The notes under the pieces: model-generated
Databases searched by the model: none
The model's input: only the letters and a program-made list of their open reading frames with translations
Told to the model about the DNA's origin: nothing
Assembly: GCA_964430705.1 (NCBI GenBank)
Contig: CAYSGJ010000231.1
Span: forward strand, 3,245 to 67,244
Direction: 5' to 3'
DNA from: an uncultured Desulfobacterales bacterium
GTDB taxonomy: Bacteria > Desulfobacterota > Desulfobacteria > Desulfobacterales > C00003060
Length of the DNA stretch: 64,000 bases
Shown here: in pieces, positions 37,573-46,014 of the stretch
Layout: each line of letters starts with the position of its first letter
Position numbering within the stretch: position 1 is the first letter of the stretch
Position numbers and translations under genes: made by a program

Positions 37573-38629
37573 TACGCCCCTTGAAGCGATAGCATTGCCC
37601 GGGGAAGTGTTCCGGGGGTGTCCTGTTTTGCTTGTGGTGGTCAAGGGGACTTTCGATATTTTTTCCGATTGTCGGGTCGTGGTGGCCCAAGAGCAGATCC
37701 CCATTGCTTTCGGAGACGAATTTTACGACGGGATGGGTCAGGGCAGTGTCAAGTTCGAGTCCGACATCGCCCCGTTCAAGTCCTGCGCGGATATCGTCTT
37801 GGTGGGAAAAGCCCACGCGCCGGCGGGACACCCTGTGCAGGTTTTGGATGTGATGCTCAGGGTCGGGACCACGAGCAGGATCATTCGCGTATTCGGTGAT
37901 CGGTTCTGGCGTGGCGGCGGAAGTCTGTCGCCGGATAAGCCGTCTGTTACGATGCCCTTTGTGACCATGGATCTCGTTTATGAAAAGGCCTTCGGGGGCA
38001 TCGACATGGAAGGCGGCGGTTATTGTGCGGAAAACATGGTAGGGAAAGGATTTCTGACCGGCAGATCAAAGATGTCCGCGGAAGGCATGCCCCTTCCCAA
38101 CCTTGAAGATCCCAACCATCTGATCAAATCATTGAAAGACCATCCGCGCCCGGTCGGTTTCGGTTTTTATCACAGAGCCTGGATGCCTCGGCTTGGATAT
38201 TTGCTGGCCTTTGAACGACAACAGAATCAGGAGCTTCCACCTGCAACAGTTGACGACTTGATTTTCGAGCAATACAATGGCGCCCATCCTGATTTACAAT
38301 TGGATGGCTATTTAAATGGTGATGAAGAAGTAGACCTGGTGAATCTCTCGCCTGAAGGAAGGGTTCGGTTTGAATTGCCCGGAACCAAAGTGACCTGCAA
38401 GGTGAGCAAAAAATCCGTTTCCGACGAGGAGACCCGGGAAGCGATGGGAGAAGAAAAGAGTGCCGTCGTAAAAGAAAAAGCAACAGAGGTAGAAGAAGAA
38501 ACAGTCCGACTTAACCTTGATACCCTATGTCTGATTCCCGAGGACAAGAAGCTGTTCATGCTGTGGCGAGGACTGTGTCCAATCGATACCTTGGATGCCG
38601 CGGAGGTGGACAGGGTTTATATTCTATAA
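37556..38629 (+). CDS. DUF2169-family T6SS adaptor-like protein, copy B (with acidic insert)
   Basis: GTG start overlaps the rSAM 3' end by 17 nt. It shares the conserved blocks of copy A (VVVKGTFDI, IRVFGDRFW, MDLVYEKAFGG, PNLEDPNHLIKSLKDHPRPVGFGF) and adds the insert SVSDEETREAMGEEKSAVVKEKATEVEEETV. Confidence 0.8.
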   Translation: MEIINNTPLEAIALPGEVFRGCPVLLVVVKGTFDIFSDCRVVVAQEQIPIAFGDEFYDGMGQGSVKFESDIAPFKSCADIVLVGKAHAPAGHPVQVLDVMLRVGTTSRIIRVFGDRFWRGGGSLSPDKPSVTMPFVTMDLVYEKAFGGIDMEGGGYCAENMVGKGFLTGRSKMSAEGMPLPNLEDPNHLIKSLKDHPRPVGFGFYHRAWMPRLGYLLAFERQQNQELPPATVDDLIFEQYNGAHPDLQLDGYLNGDEEVDLVNLSPEGRVRFELPGTKVTCKVSKKSVSDEETREAMGEEKSAVVKEKATEVEEETVRLNLDTLCLIPEDKKLFMLWRGLCPIDTLDAAEVDRVYIL

Positions 38630-38641
38630 CGGAGGTGACCT

Positions 38642-38878
38642 ATGTCAAACCCGGGACACGCTATGGCTGCAACCAATGCCGCCGACATTCAAGTCTTGCG
38701 GATGGAACTGAACCAACTGAAACTCAACCATCAGATGGCCATGACGCAACTGGCCAGAGGCATGAAAGAATTGACGGATTTGCTGGTGGAAAAAGGCGTG
38801 GCGGGGAAAAACGATATCCAGTCGCTCGCCGGCCTGAACATTTTTATGACCATGAATCATCAGCAAAACGAGTGGTAA
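38642..38878 (+). CDS. hypothetical 78-aa coiled-coil protein
   Basis: Strong RBS GGAGGTG 5 nt upstream of the ATG. Heptad-like DIQVLRMELNQLKLNHQMAMTQLARGMKELTDLL. Confidence 0.45.
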   Translation: MSNPGHAMAATNAADIQVLRMELNQLKLNHQMAMTQLARGMKELTDLLVEKGVAGKNDIQSLAGLNIFMTMNHQQNEW

Positions 38879-38947
38879 GGGGTGGTTGTTTTCAGTCTGA
38901 TCCTGTAAAATGGGATGCGGATTCGACCCGACCATTCAAACTTGCAC

Positions 38948-40501
38948 ATGACAAAACACATCGTCCTTGAAGAACTGCCTTCCGGTAGAACCCACGTGAT
39001 CGATCTGCCCTGCATGATCGGCCGGCGCGACGGCGCCGACCTGGCTGTTTCCGACCCTGCTGTTTCTCATGAGCACGCCCTGATTGAAGAAATCAACGAA
39101 CAACTATGGATTCAGGATCTAAACAGCGTCAACGGCGTGGTTGTCAATGGCGGAAAGATCAAGGATAGAGCAATGTTGCATTGGGGGAATCGCATTCAAT
39201 TGGGCCAAACCGAGTTCCTGGTCTCCCGGGAAAAGGAGAACGTTTCAGAACAAACGATCGTCTTGCATGCCGTGGGTTCGGAATCCGACTGGAGACCGGA
39301 CCAGAAGAGGCTCAAACTCCTGTACGGCATTACGACGGAGCTGGCCGAAAATCAGGATCTGGAGACGTTGGGGAAAAAGATCTTTTTGCGACTGCAAGAG
39401 ATTTTTGAACAGGACCGAGGTTATCTGGCTGCGTTTCAGGAAGACGGCGCCCTCAAACCGCTCTTTTCCCATTCTTTTTCCGGAACCGCTCCGATCAGCA
39501 GGAGCATTGTCAATCGGTTGTTCGAAAATGCGGAGTCATTTCTTCTGCAGGATGCATTGGGCGATGTCGGCTTCAAGGAACAAGAAAGCATTATTGGTCT
39601 GAGAATCCGTTCAGCGCTGTGCGCACCACTGATCTACCACGGTCAGATCTATGGAATGGTCTACTTGGATCGCAACGTCCCCGGGGCGTACAGGCAAGAA
39701 GACCTGGAACTGCTGAAAGCCATTGCCTTTATGCTTGCCCCCCTCATTGAGAACGCACGTCTTTGGTCGCAGCTCAACAGACAATATGCAAAGGCTGTGG
39801 AAACCTTGAAGAAGACGGAGTCGCGACTGATCGAAACAGAGCGCACGGCAGCGTATGTGCATCTGGCCCAGGCCATGGCCCATGAGATTCGGAACCCCCT
39901 CATGGCCATAGGAGGATTGGTCAAGCGAATGGATAAGGCAAGTCCGGCCGGTTCAAGCAACAGCAAGTTGAAGACGGTTATGGCCCTGGTGGAAAGAATG
40001 GAAACGGTTCTCAAAGAGGTGGACCGATTTGTGACGCTTCCCAAGCCCCGGAAGCAAATGGAGCGGATGGACCGTCTGATTCAAGAAATCGTTGAAAACT
40101 ATGATTGGGGTTCAGCGGGCCGTTCCCACGGTCCGTCCCTGTTCGTTCGCACTTCGCGACTGGCGATCCCGGTCGACGCCGAGTTGTTTACAAAAGCCCT
40201 TCACATGATTTTCAAGGAAATCCTTCTGAGCCCGTCTCAAGAGAAGGGGTTGGAAATCTCGGTGGAAGATTACGGCGATGCGCTTCAGATCCGCATGGGA
40301 TCCATCGAAAAGAACGGGCTGATGCGTGAACTGTTTGACGGTGAGCTGCAAGACAAGCCCTGGAGTCTAGGGCTGTTTTTGAACATAGCTCACAAAATTA
40401 TTTCCGATCATGGAGGCACGCTCCTCCTGGATTCGACGGGGAATTCGGTGTTGCCCGTGATCATTCGAATCCCCAGGATTGACAGAAAAAACGTTTTCTG
40501 A
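38948..40501 (+). CDS. FHA-GAF-HisKA sensor protein with an apparently degenerate ATPase domain
   Basis: FHA: IGRRDGADLAV.D..VSHEHALI....LWIQDLNSVNGVVVNG. The middle region is GAF-like. The H-box AHEIRNPLMAIGG is intact. In the C-terminal domain I cannot find the N-box Asn or DxGxG (KEILLSPSQ, MGSIEKNG); only SLGL...HGG remains. Confidence 0.75.
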   Translation: MTKHIVLEELPSGRTHVIDLPCMIGRRDGADLAVSDPAVSHEHALIEEINEQLWIQDLNSVNGVVVNGGKIKDRAMLHWGNRIQLGQTEFLVSREKENVSEQTIVLHAVGSESDWRPDQKRLKLLYGITTELAENQDLETLGKKIFLRLQEIFEQDRGYLAAFQEDGALKPLFSHSFSGTAPISRSIVNRLFENAESFLLQDALGDVGFKEQESIIGLRIRSALCAPLIYHGQIYGMVYLDRNVPGAYRQEDLELLKAIAFMLAPLIENARLWSQLNRQYAKAVETLKKTESRLIETERTAAYVHLAQAMAHEIRNPLMAIGGLVKRMDKASPAGSSNSKLKTVMALVERMETVLKEVDRFVTLPKPRKQMERMDRLIQEIVENYDWGSAGRSHGPSLFVRTSRLAIPVDAELFTKALHMIFKEILLSPSQEKGLEISVEDYGDALQIRMGSIEKNGLMRELFDGELQDKPWSLGLFLNIAHKIISDHGGTLLLDSTGNSVLPVIIRIPRIDRKNVF

Positions 40502-40589
40502 TTGTTTCTTTTCTCATATTGGATTGTTGAATCATGAATCAACGTTCATAACCGGAAACCGACAACAGAACCACAGAAAGGATGAAAGC

Positions 40590-41369
40590 ATGAAAAACGT
40601 CTGGCTAAGCGCTTTGGTTTCTTCAGAAGCGGCGGTACAAAAGGTCATGGCTCAACTGAAGACCTATGGCCTTCAGGTCGGCGGCCATTTCTGGGAAGAC
40701 GATCTGGAAAAAATGGCGTGGATGAAACCCCGGGGGGAACTTGTGGACAAGAAAGTCGTGCTTTGGGCCATTCTGGGTGCTGATCAGGATTTCCGGAATC
40801 CAGCGTTTCGCTACGGCCTTTCTATGCTCGCTATTGCGGTGCAAGCGCAACGGGGAATCGGCTTTCCCATTGTAATTTTGCAAACAGAAGGTGAGACCAT
40901 CGATCCGGAAACACTGACGACGCCGCTCAAGGCGGTGGATGTTTTCTCGGTAGGCGGTGCTACCGTCGGAGCAAAACTGGTTGCCAAGGTTCACAGCGCA
41001 TCCAAGGAAACAACGCATCCGGACTATCGCCTGGACCTATACGGCAATGAGCACCTAGGGCAGTGGTTTGAAGTCGGGCCGGCCGACGGGACCTGGTCCG
41101 GCGGCATGTTTGCCGTATCGGACGCAGACATTGTTTTCCACGGCGTGGGCCCAAAAGGAAACCTGCCGGAAAAATCGGTGCTTAACTACCCCATGGAGGG
41201 GCTGAAATTGCATTGGAACGGGCAAGAATTTGCGGCATGGGCCGTTCAGAACGAACTCGATGCGGACACCTCTTATTATGTGAAAGTGAAAGGGTCACCG
41301 GGCGCCATATTGTTCGGCTCTTACTCTCATGAAGAAGAAGCCGAGGTTTTTGCGGTTTGCCTTAAGTAG
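40590..41369 (+). CDS. hypothetical 259-aa protein
   Basis: ATG 40590 after GAAAGGA. No family recognised. Confidence 0.5.
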   Translation: MKNVWLSALVSSEAAVQKVMAQLKTYGLQVGGHFWEDDLEKMAWMKPRGELVDKKVVLWAILGADQDFRNPAFRYGLSMLAIAVQAQRGIGFPIVILQTEGETIDPETLTTPLKAVDVFSVGGATVGAKLVAKVHSASKETTHPDYRLDLYGNEHLGQWFEVGPADGTWSGGMFAVSDADIVFHGVGPKGNLPEKSVLNYPMEGLKLHWNGQEFAAWAVQNELDADTSYYVKVKGSPGAILFGSYSHEEEAEVFAVCLK

Positions 41370-41378
41370 TCATTTTTT

Positions 41379-41417
41379 TTGACATCATATCCGGAATCTG
41401 ATATACAAGTTATCAGA
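41379..41417 (+). promoter_or_regulatory. sigma-70-type promoter with an overlapping 7-bp inverted repeat (candidate operator)
   Basis: TTGACA (41379-41384), a 17-nt spacer, then TATACA (41402-41407). TCTGATA (41397-41403) and TATCAGA (41411-41417) flank and overlap the -10. It lies 25-60 nt upstream of ATG 41442. Confidence 0.45.
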
Positions 41418-41441
41418 ATTTCAAAAAAAAGGGGACTGCTC

Positions 41442-42215
41442 ATGGGCAATGAAGAAGTGGTCAGAAAGAATTTGGATAGTCAGGAATTCCTGCAGCTTCG
41501 TCAAGCTACGGAAAAAATCGCGGTTGCCTTGGGAAACCGGCTCAAGAATCATCTTTCTATACTACGGCCCCTGTTTGTACCTCGAAAGCTTTTTGGCACA
41601 TACGTCAAAAGCGCGTCCATGCAAGAAGTTCCCGGAGGAGACAAAGCCTTTGCGGAACTGCAGGAACGCTATGCCGCCGTCTGCGCGAAGCCGTTTAATC
41701 TGCCCAAGAGGCTCCAACCGCCGTTACCTCCCATATCGCATCAATTGGACGGCAGTCCTTTGCAATACACACTCGAATCCGCAGGATCGGCGGATAAGGG
41801 AACCAAGGTGACCTGTCCGACCAAATGGGTGCTGTCTTATCGCAGCGAATGCCCGATTTCTCGCCTTCATGCCATGGTTGCCGGCAAAGAAACCCCGCAG
41901 GCCGATGATGTTAAACAGGCCCTGATTGATTATCTGGCCATCGTGGTTTTTTTGAAACATTTTCCCGGTCTGACTCGGCTATTCGAGGACCTTCGGTATG
42001 AGGTGGAAACACAGGAGATATCGGACCTGGGAGGTCTTCCCGTGATTATTTTAAAAGCGCCTGTCAAGACGTTTTTGCCTCCGGATGATTTCATACAGCA
42101 AATTACCCAATTGTCCGGTATTCGCGCATTCCAGGAAATCGTTGATCTTGATGCCGCGGCACATATCCCGGATCCGTTGAAAGCGTCGATTGAGCAGGCA
42201 CTGGGCACCGCATAA
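41442..42215 (+). CDS. hypothetical 257-aa protein
   Basis: ATG 41442 with AAGGGG upstream. The TTG-extended version would swallow the promoter. No family recognised. Confidence 0.5.
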   Translation: MGNEEVVRKNLDSQEFLQLRQATEKIAVALGNRLKNHLSILRPLFVPRKLFGTYVKSASMQEVPGGDKAFAELQERYAAVCAKPFNLPKRLQPPLPPISHQLDGSPLQYTLESAGSADKGTKVTCPTKWVLSYRSECPISRLHAMVAGKETPQADDVKQALIDYLAIVVFLKHFPGLTRLFEDLRYEVETQEISDLGGLPVIILKAPVKTFLPPDDFIQQITQLSGIRAFQEIVDLDAAAHIPDPLKASIEQALGTA

Positions 42216-42485
42216 CGTCGTTTGACGACGACCGGCAACAAGCCTTTGGGGCCATTTTGTGAACCTTTAGCCTTTTTAAAACACCGGCACTGCATACAGC
42301 ATCGGATTCCAATTTCTAATCCAAAAGGCGGCCCCGCCGGGAGGCGACCAAAGGTCTCTTTCTCGTCAAAAATATCGCCGTACATCCACCCAAAGGGCTT
42401 GCGGCGCCTTGCCGATCTGAAATCATCCCTTTTTCAAACATCGCCGGTTGTTTTTGGTTCGCAAAGGTGATAATTTGAAATATCT

Positions 42486-42513
42486 TTGACATGTTGTTTT
42501 GGCGACATATAAT
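42486..42513 (+). promoter_or_regulatory. consensus sigma-70 promoter
   Basis: TTGACA (42486-42491), a 16-nt spacer, then TATAAT (42508-42513), 79 nt upstream of ATG 42592. Both hexamers are perfect. Confidence 0.6.
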
Positions 42514-42591
42514 GAAAAATAATAGGTTGAATGTTGAAATAACGAATCAAAAAACATTGACGGTTCCGGCAAACAAGCTTGGGAAAAGCTT

Positions 42592-43488
42592 ATGACGACG
42601 TATAGATATATCATGCGGGCAAGCTTTTTTTTTCTATGGATGGGCTTGTCGGCAACGTGTTGGGCCGGTCAGTTCGTGACGCAAGAACTCAGAACCTGGG
42701 CAACAGATGCCGTCGAGAAAGAAAGCGCCCTGGAAACCCGGAGTGCCGACAAACGCACCCTGGCTGTCCTTTATTTTCACAACAAGACAGGGTGGGCTGA
42801 ATTAAAGCCGGTTGAAAAGGGCTTGGCCATTATGCTCATTACCGACTTGGCCAAGGTCAAGGAAATCCAATTGGTGGAAAGAGCCAGAATACAAGCCCTG
42901 GTGGAAGAGTTGGATTTTGGAATATCCGACTTGGTTGTCGCAGAGCATGTCCCTCGGGTGGGGAGGCTTTTGGGTGCTACCCTGGTGGTAGGCGGGGCCA
43001 TCGAAAAGAAAAACCAAGCTGAGTTTCAACTCAGCTCAGGTTTGATGAACGTGCCCGGGGAAAAGATGCTGGGAGAACCGACCGTGGGGGGCAAGCTTTT
43101 GGAAGAGTTGTTCCGCATGGAAAAAGATCTCTTGTTTGAGATCATCAGACTCTTGGAGATTGAACTCACGCCGGAGCGTCTGGCTGAGCTAAGAGAGCCC
43201 TTGACGGACAGCCTGGAGGCCCTATTGTACTTTTTTCAGGCCATCGAAGCAGCCGATGAGGGGGATTTCAAAGATGCGAATGATTTGTTGGATAAATCGT
43301 TGGGTGAAGATCCTGATTTCAGTCTTTCCGGGAATGCGAAGAGAGAAATCGCCGGGATTATCCCGGCCGACCAACGGTATTCAAACCAGGCAAACGGCAA
43401 TGGGAACGGTGCGGAGATTAAAAAAGAGTGCGCTGCGGCCCGGAACAATTTAAAAAGAAACGTTTTTAAGTCAAGACGAAGATTCTGA
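42592..43488 (+). CDS. exported protein: CsgG/LpoB-like periplasmic module plus TPR-like C-terminus
   Basis: Signal peptide ASFFFLWMGLSATCWA. Module signature LAVLYFHNKTG..LVERARIQALVEELDFGISDLV..VGRLLGATLVVGG is shared with two neighbouring proteins. Confidence 0.6.
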   Translation: MTTYRYIMRASFFFLWMGLSATCWAGQFVTQELRTWATDAVEKESALETRSADKRTLAVLYFHNKTGWAELKPVEKGLAIMLITDLAKVKEIQLVERARIQALVEELDFGISDLVVAEHVPRVGRLLGATLVVGGAIEKKNQAEFQLSSGLMNVPGEKMLGEPTVGGKLLEELFRMEKDLLFEIIRLLEIELTPERLAELREPLTDSLEALLYFFQAIEAADEGDFKDANDLLDKSLGEDPDFSLSGNAKREIAGIIPADQRYSNQANGNGNGAEIKKECAAARNNLKRNVFKSRRRF

Positions 43489-43489
43489 T

Positions 43490-43987
43490 CTACAAATCCT
43501 TTGCTGCTGCTTCTGCGGCGTTGAGCCACGCAGACATGTCGCCGCCCGGACAGATCCTGCCGGCGACGTTGACGATCTTCCCTGTTTCCACTTCCACAAG
43601 CCTTAGGTCGAGGCGCATAGTGCCTGCAATCACTTGATACGCGCCGAAGACCATGAACCGAGCGCCGAGCATTTTGCCGACGTCAAGGCGCGTATCTTGA
43701 TCCACAAGGGAGGAAGCCCCCAGGTTGAGTTCCTCCAGGGCAAGGAGCAGTCGCTGCCTTTCCACAACGGTTGCTTTTCCCGAGGCTTTGATGGTTTCTA
43801 TGACCCTGCCGGCCAGAACCTCTCCCAAATCCGGATGTGCCTGATCCGCAGGGGTCAGATTTTCCAGGTCCCAGACAGCGATCGTTGGGTACTGCGTCGT
43901 CCTGACCCGTTCGTGGGCCGTACAACCGGCGAGACAGGCTAGAACAACAAACAAAAGAATCCCCGTAATGATTTTATCGGACCGCAT
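43490..43987 (-). CDS. lipoprotein consisting of the CsgG/LpoB-like module
   Basis: ATG 43987. Lipobox LACLAGC. IAVWDLENL..VVERQRLLLALEELNLGASSLV..VGKMLGARFMVFG. Overlaps the upstream gene by 14 nt. Confidence 0.6.
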   Translation of the reverse strand: MRSDKIITGILLFVVLACLAGCTAHERVRTTQYPTIAVWDLENLTPADQAHPDLGEVLAGRVIETIKASGKATVVERQRLLLALEELNLGASSLVDQDTRLDVGKMLGARFMVFGAYQVIAGTMRLDLRLVEVETGKIVNVAGRICPGGDMSAWLNAAEAAAKDL

Positions 43988-45944
43988 GTCGGGCTTCCAC
44001 GGCAATAAGATCCACAATTTTTTCCTTGACCTTGTCGTCTGTCTTCAAGGCCCTTTCTTGATTGAGAATGCGGGCATAAGACAGATCGGGTTCCACCCGC
44101 ACGATTTCAATTTGGGCAACGGTTTTTGGCGCACCGCGCAAGAGCTTGCCTTTGTATTCTACGGGCGCCTGCTCTTCGATAACGTCGAATTTGGTACCCA
44201 AAACCACGCCCTGCTTGGCGCCAAGGTTCACCATCACCTGTTGGTCGGCAGAAACCTGGACCACGTAACCCTGTAGGGGGTAGTTATCGATAATCGCTTT
44301 GAGGATCTCCCGGTTAAGCTTGCCGATTTCCTTATCGAAAGACACCTCCGGTGTGAATTGTTTGGTCACCACTTTCGGGATGGCCGATGTTTCCGTATCG
44401 ATAAGCCGCATATTTAAAATCGTGCCGTCAGGCAGGAAAAAAAGGGTGCCCGTGCCAATGACTTTTGCGGCGAGAACCTTGCCGAGTTTCAGAGCGGTTT
44501 CCGGGTCCGCCAGTTCGGAAGAGCCCAGGTTCAGTTCCTCGAGCAGCCGCTCTATAAGCACCCGCTCCACTGCCCGGACTCTACCCGAGGCATTAAGTTG
44601 GTCTGAAAGCTGGGTGGTCAACACTGTAGAAAACCCGTCTCGTTCGGATAAGCCCCCTTTTTCCTGAAAATCGACAAACGACAGTACCATGGGCCGTGAC
44701 GTCCACGCGTCTTGTTCCTTGGTTTTGGATGTTTTCTGACTGCGATACCGCGCTGCCAGGTCTTTCACGAGTTTGTCCATTCTTTCTTTTTTTGCCACGT
44801 CTTGTTGGATTGCCAACATCTCTTCGGCTTTCCTCGCCAACACAGCCGCAAAGGTATCCTGTTTGTTGAGACTCAGTGCCTTTTGATAGGCCCCCAGGGC
44901 ATCATTCCATCTTCCTTCCTTTTCGTAGGTCATGCCCTTGTTTGATGTGGCTTCAATGTTATAAGGGTCTATTTCAACTGCTTGGTCGTAAAGGTCTCTT
45001 GCCTGCTCGTATTTTCCGAGGCTGGCATTAAGACGACCGAGCTGGTTGTAGGCCATAGCCTTTTGAAAGGATGCTGCGGAGGTTTTTTCCACACCCTTTT
45101 CGTATTCTTGCCGAGCTTCGTCCTTTCTATTTTGGCTGTACAGGATGTCTCCCTTGACGACATGCACGAAAGCTCTGTCCGGGGCTTTTTGCTCAACCTC
45201 GGCAGCGATCTTTAAGGCGTCCTCTGTTTTTCCCTTTTTGGCGTACACCGCACTAAGACCTTCTTTGCCCAGAATTTCCGCTTCGCCTTTGTTCTTCGAC
45301 AATGTATGAAAGGTGGTTTCCGCCTCATCCAGATTCCCCTCTTTCAGAGCAGCATACCCTTTTACGGTTTTGGCATTGATGTTGTCAGGGTTCTTTTTTT
45401 CCACCTCGTTGCTGATAGCCTTTGCCAGCATGGTTTGTTTGCGCTGAAGCGTCCTTTCGGCCAGCCTCGTGAGCATGATTTCCGTGGTTTTGCCGCCGCC
45501 CTGAAAAAAGTCCATCACCAGAAGACCAGGACCAACAACGCATACGGTCGGCATAATAAACCGAGCTTCATATCGGTCACTGACACCGATATCATCCAAC
45601 AAGATCGGCAGGCGAAGCCGGGTTCGGGCAAGAAACGTATTCACTGCTTCTGCTGAAGAAAGGGTAATTCCCCAGACCGTCAAATCCGCGTCGGCATATT
45701 GTTTTGCTAATTGATCCAGGCTCAGAAGTCCTTCCTGGCTGGGCCTGGACTCGGCGTCAAAAAAATAGAGAATGATCATAGGGCGCTGTCTTATCTCGTT
45801 TAGGTCGTAGGTGGTTGCTTTGACGTCTTTGAGAGAAAACGTTGGCGCCATATCTCCCGGGGTAACCCGGCCAAAACACAGGGCGGGAACAACCACGATG
45901 GCCGTCATGGCAAGCAATGCCAGGGATTTCGTAAAACGTTTCAT
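43974..45944 (-). CDS. exported multidomain protein: Cys-less thioredoxin/redoxin fold + TPR repeats + CsgG/LpoB-like module
   Basis: ATG 45944 with GGAGG RBS and a signal peptide. The redoxin-like block ..MIILYFFDAESRPSQ.. has SRPS where CxxC is expected (nt 45738-45749). Multiple TPR repeats. C-terminal ..VRAVERVLIERLLEELNLGSSELA..LGKVLAAKVIGTG. Confidence 0.65.
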   Translation of the reverse strand: MKRFTKSLALLAMTAIVVVPALCFGRVTPGDMAPTFSLKDVKATTYDLNEIRQRPMIILYFFDAESRPSQEGLLSLDQLAKQYADADLTVWGITLSSAEAVNTFLARTRLRLPILLDDIGVSDRYEARFIMPTVCVVGPGLLVMDFFQGGGKTTEIMLTRLAERTLQRKQTMLAKAISNEVEKKNPDNINAKTVKGYAALKEGNLDEAETTFHTLSKNKGEAEILGKEGLSAVYAKKGKTEDALKIAAEVEQKAPDRAFVHVVKGDILYSQNRKDEARQEYEKGVEKTSAASFQKAMAYNQLGRLNASLGKYEQARDLYDQAVEIDPYNIEATSNKGMTYEKEGRWNDALGAYQKALSLNKQDTFAAVLARKAEEMLAIQQDVAKKERMDKLVKDLAARYRSQKTSKTKEQDAWTSRPMVLSFVDFQEKGGLSERDGFSTVLTTQLSDQLNASGRVRAVERVLIERLLEELNLGSSELADPETALKLGKVLAAKVIGTGTLFFLPDGTILNMRLIDTETSAIPKVVTKQFTPEVSFDKEIGKLNREILKAIIDNYPLQGYVVQVSADQQVMVNLGAKQGVVLGTKFDVIEEQAPVEYKGKLLRGAPKTVAQIEIVRVEPDLSYARILNQERALKTDDKVKEKIVDLIAVEARHAVR

Positions 45945-46014
45945 GCCTTTTTCCTCCAATATTTTAGGGGTTTCAATGTTAAATCCTTGTTTCATCAAAA
46001 CACGAAAGGTGTTG

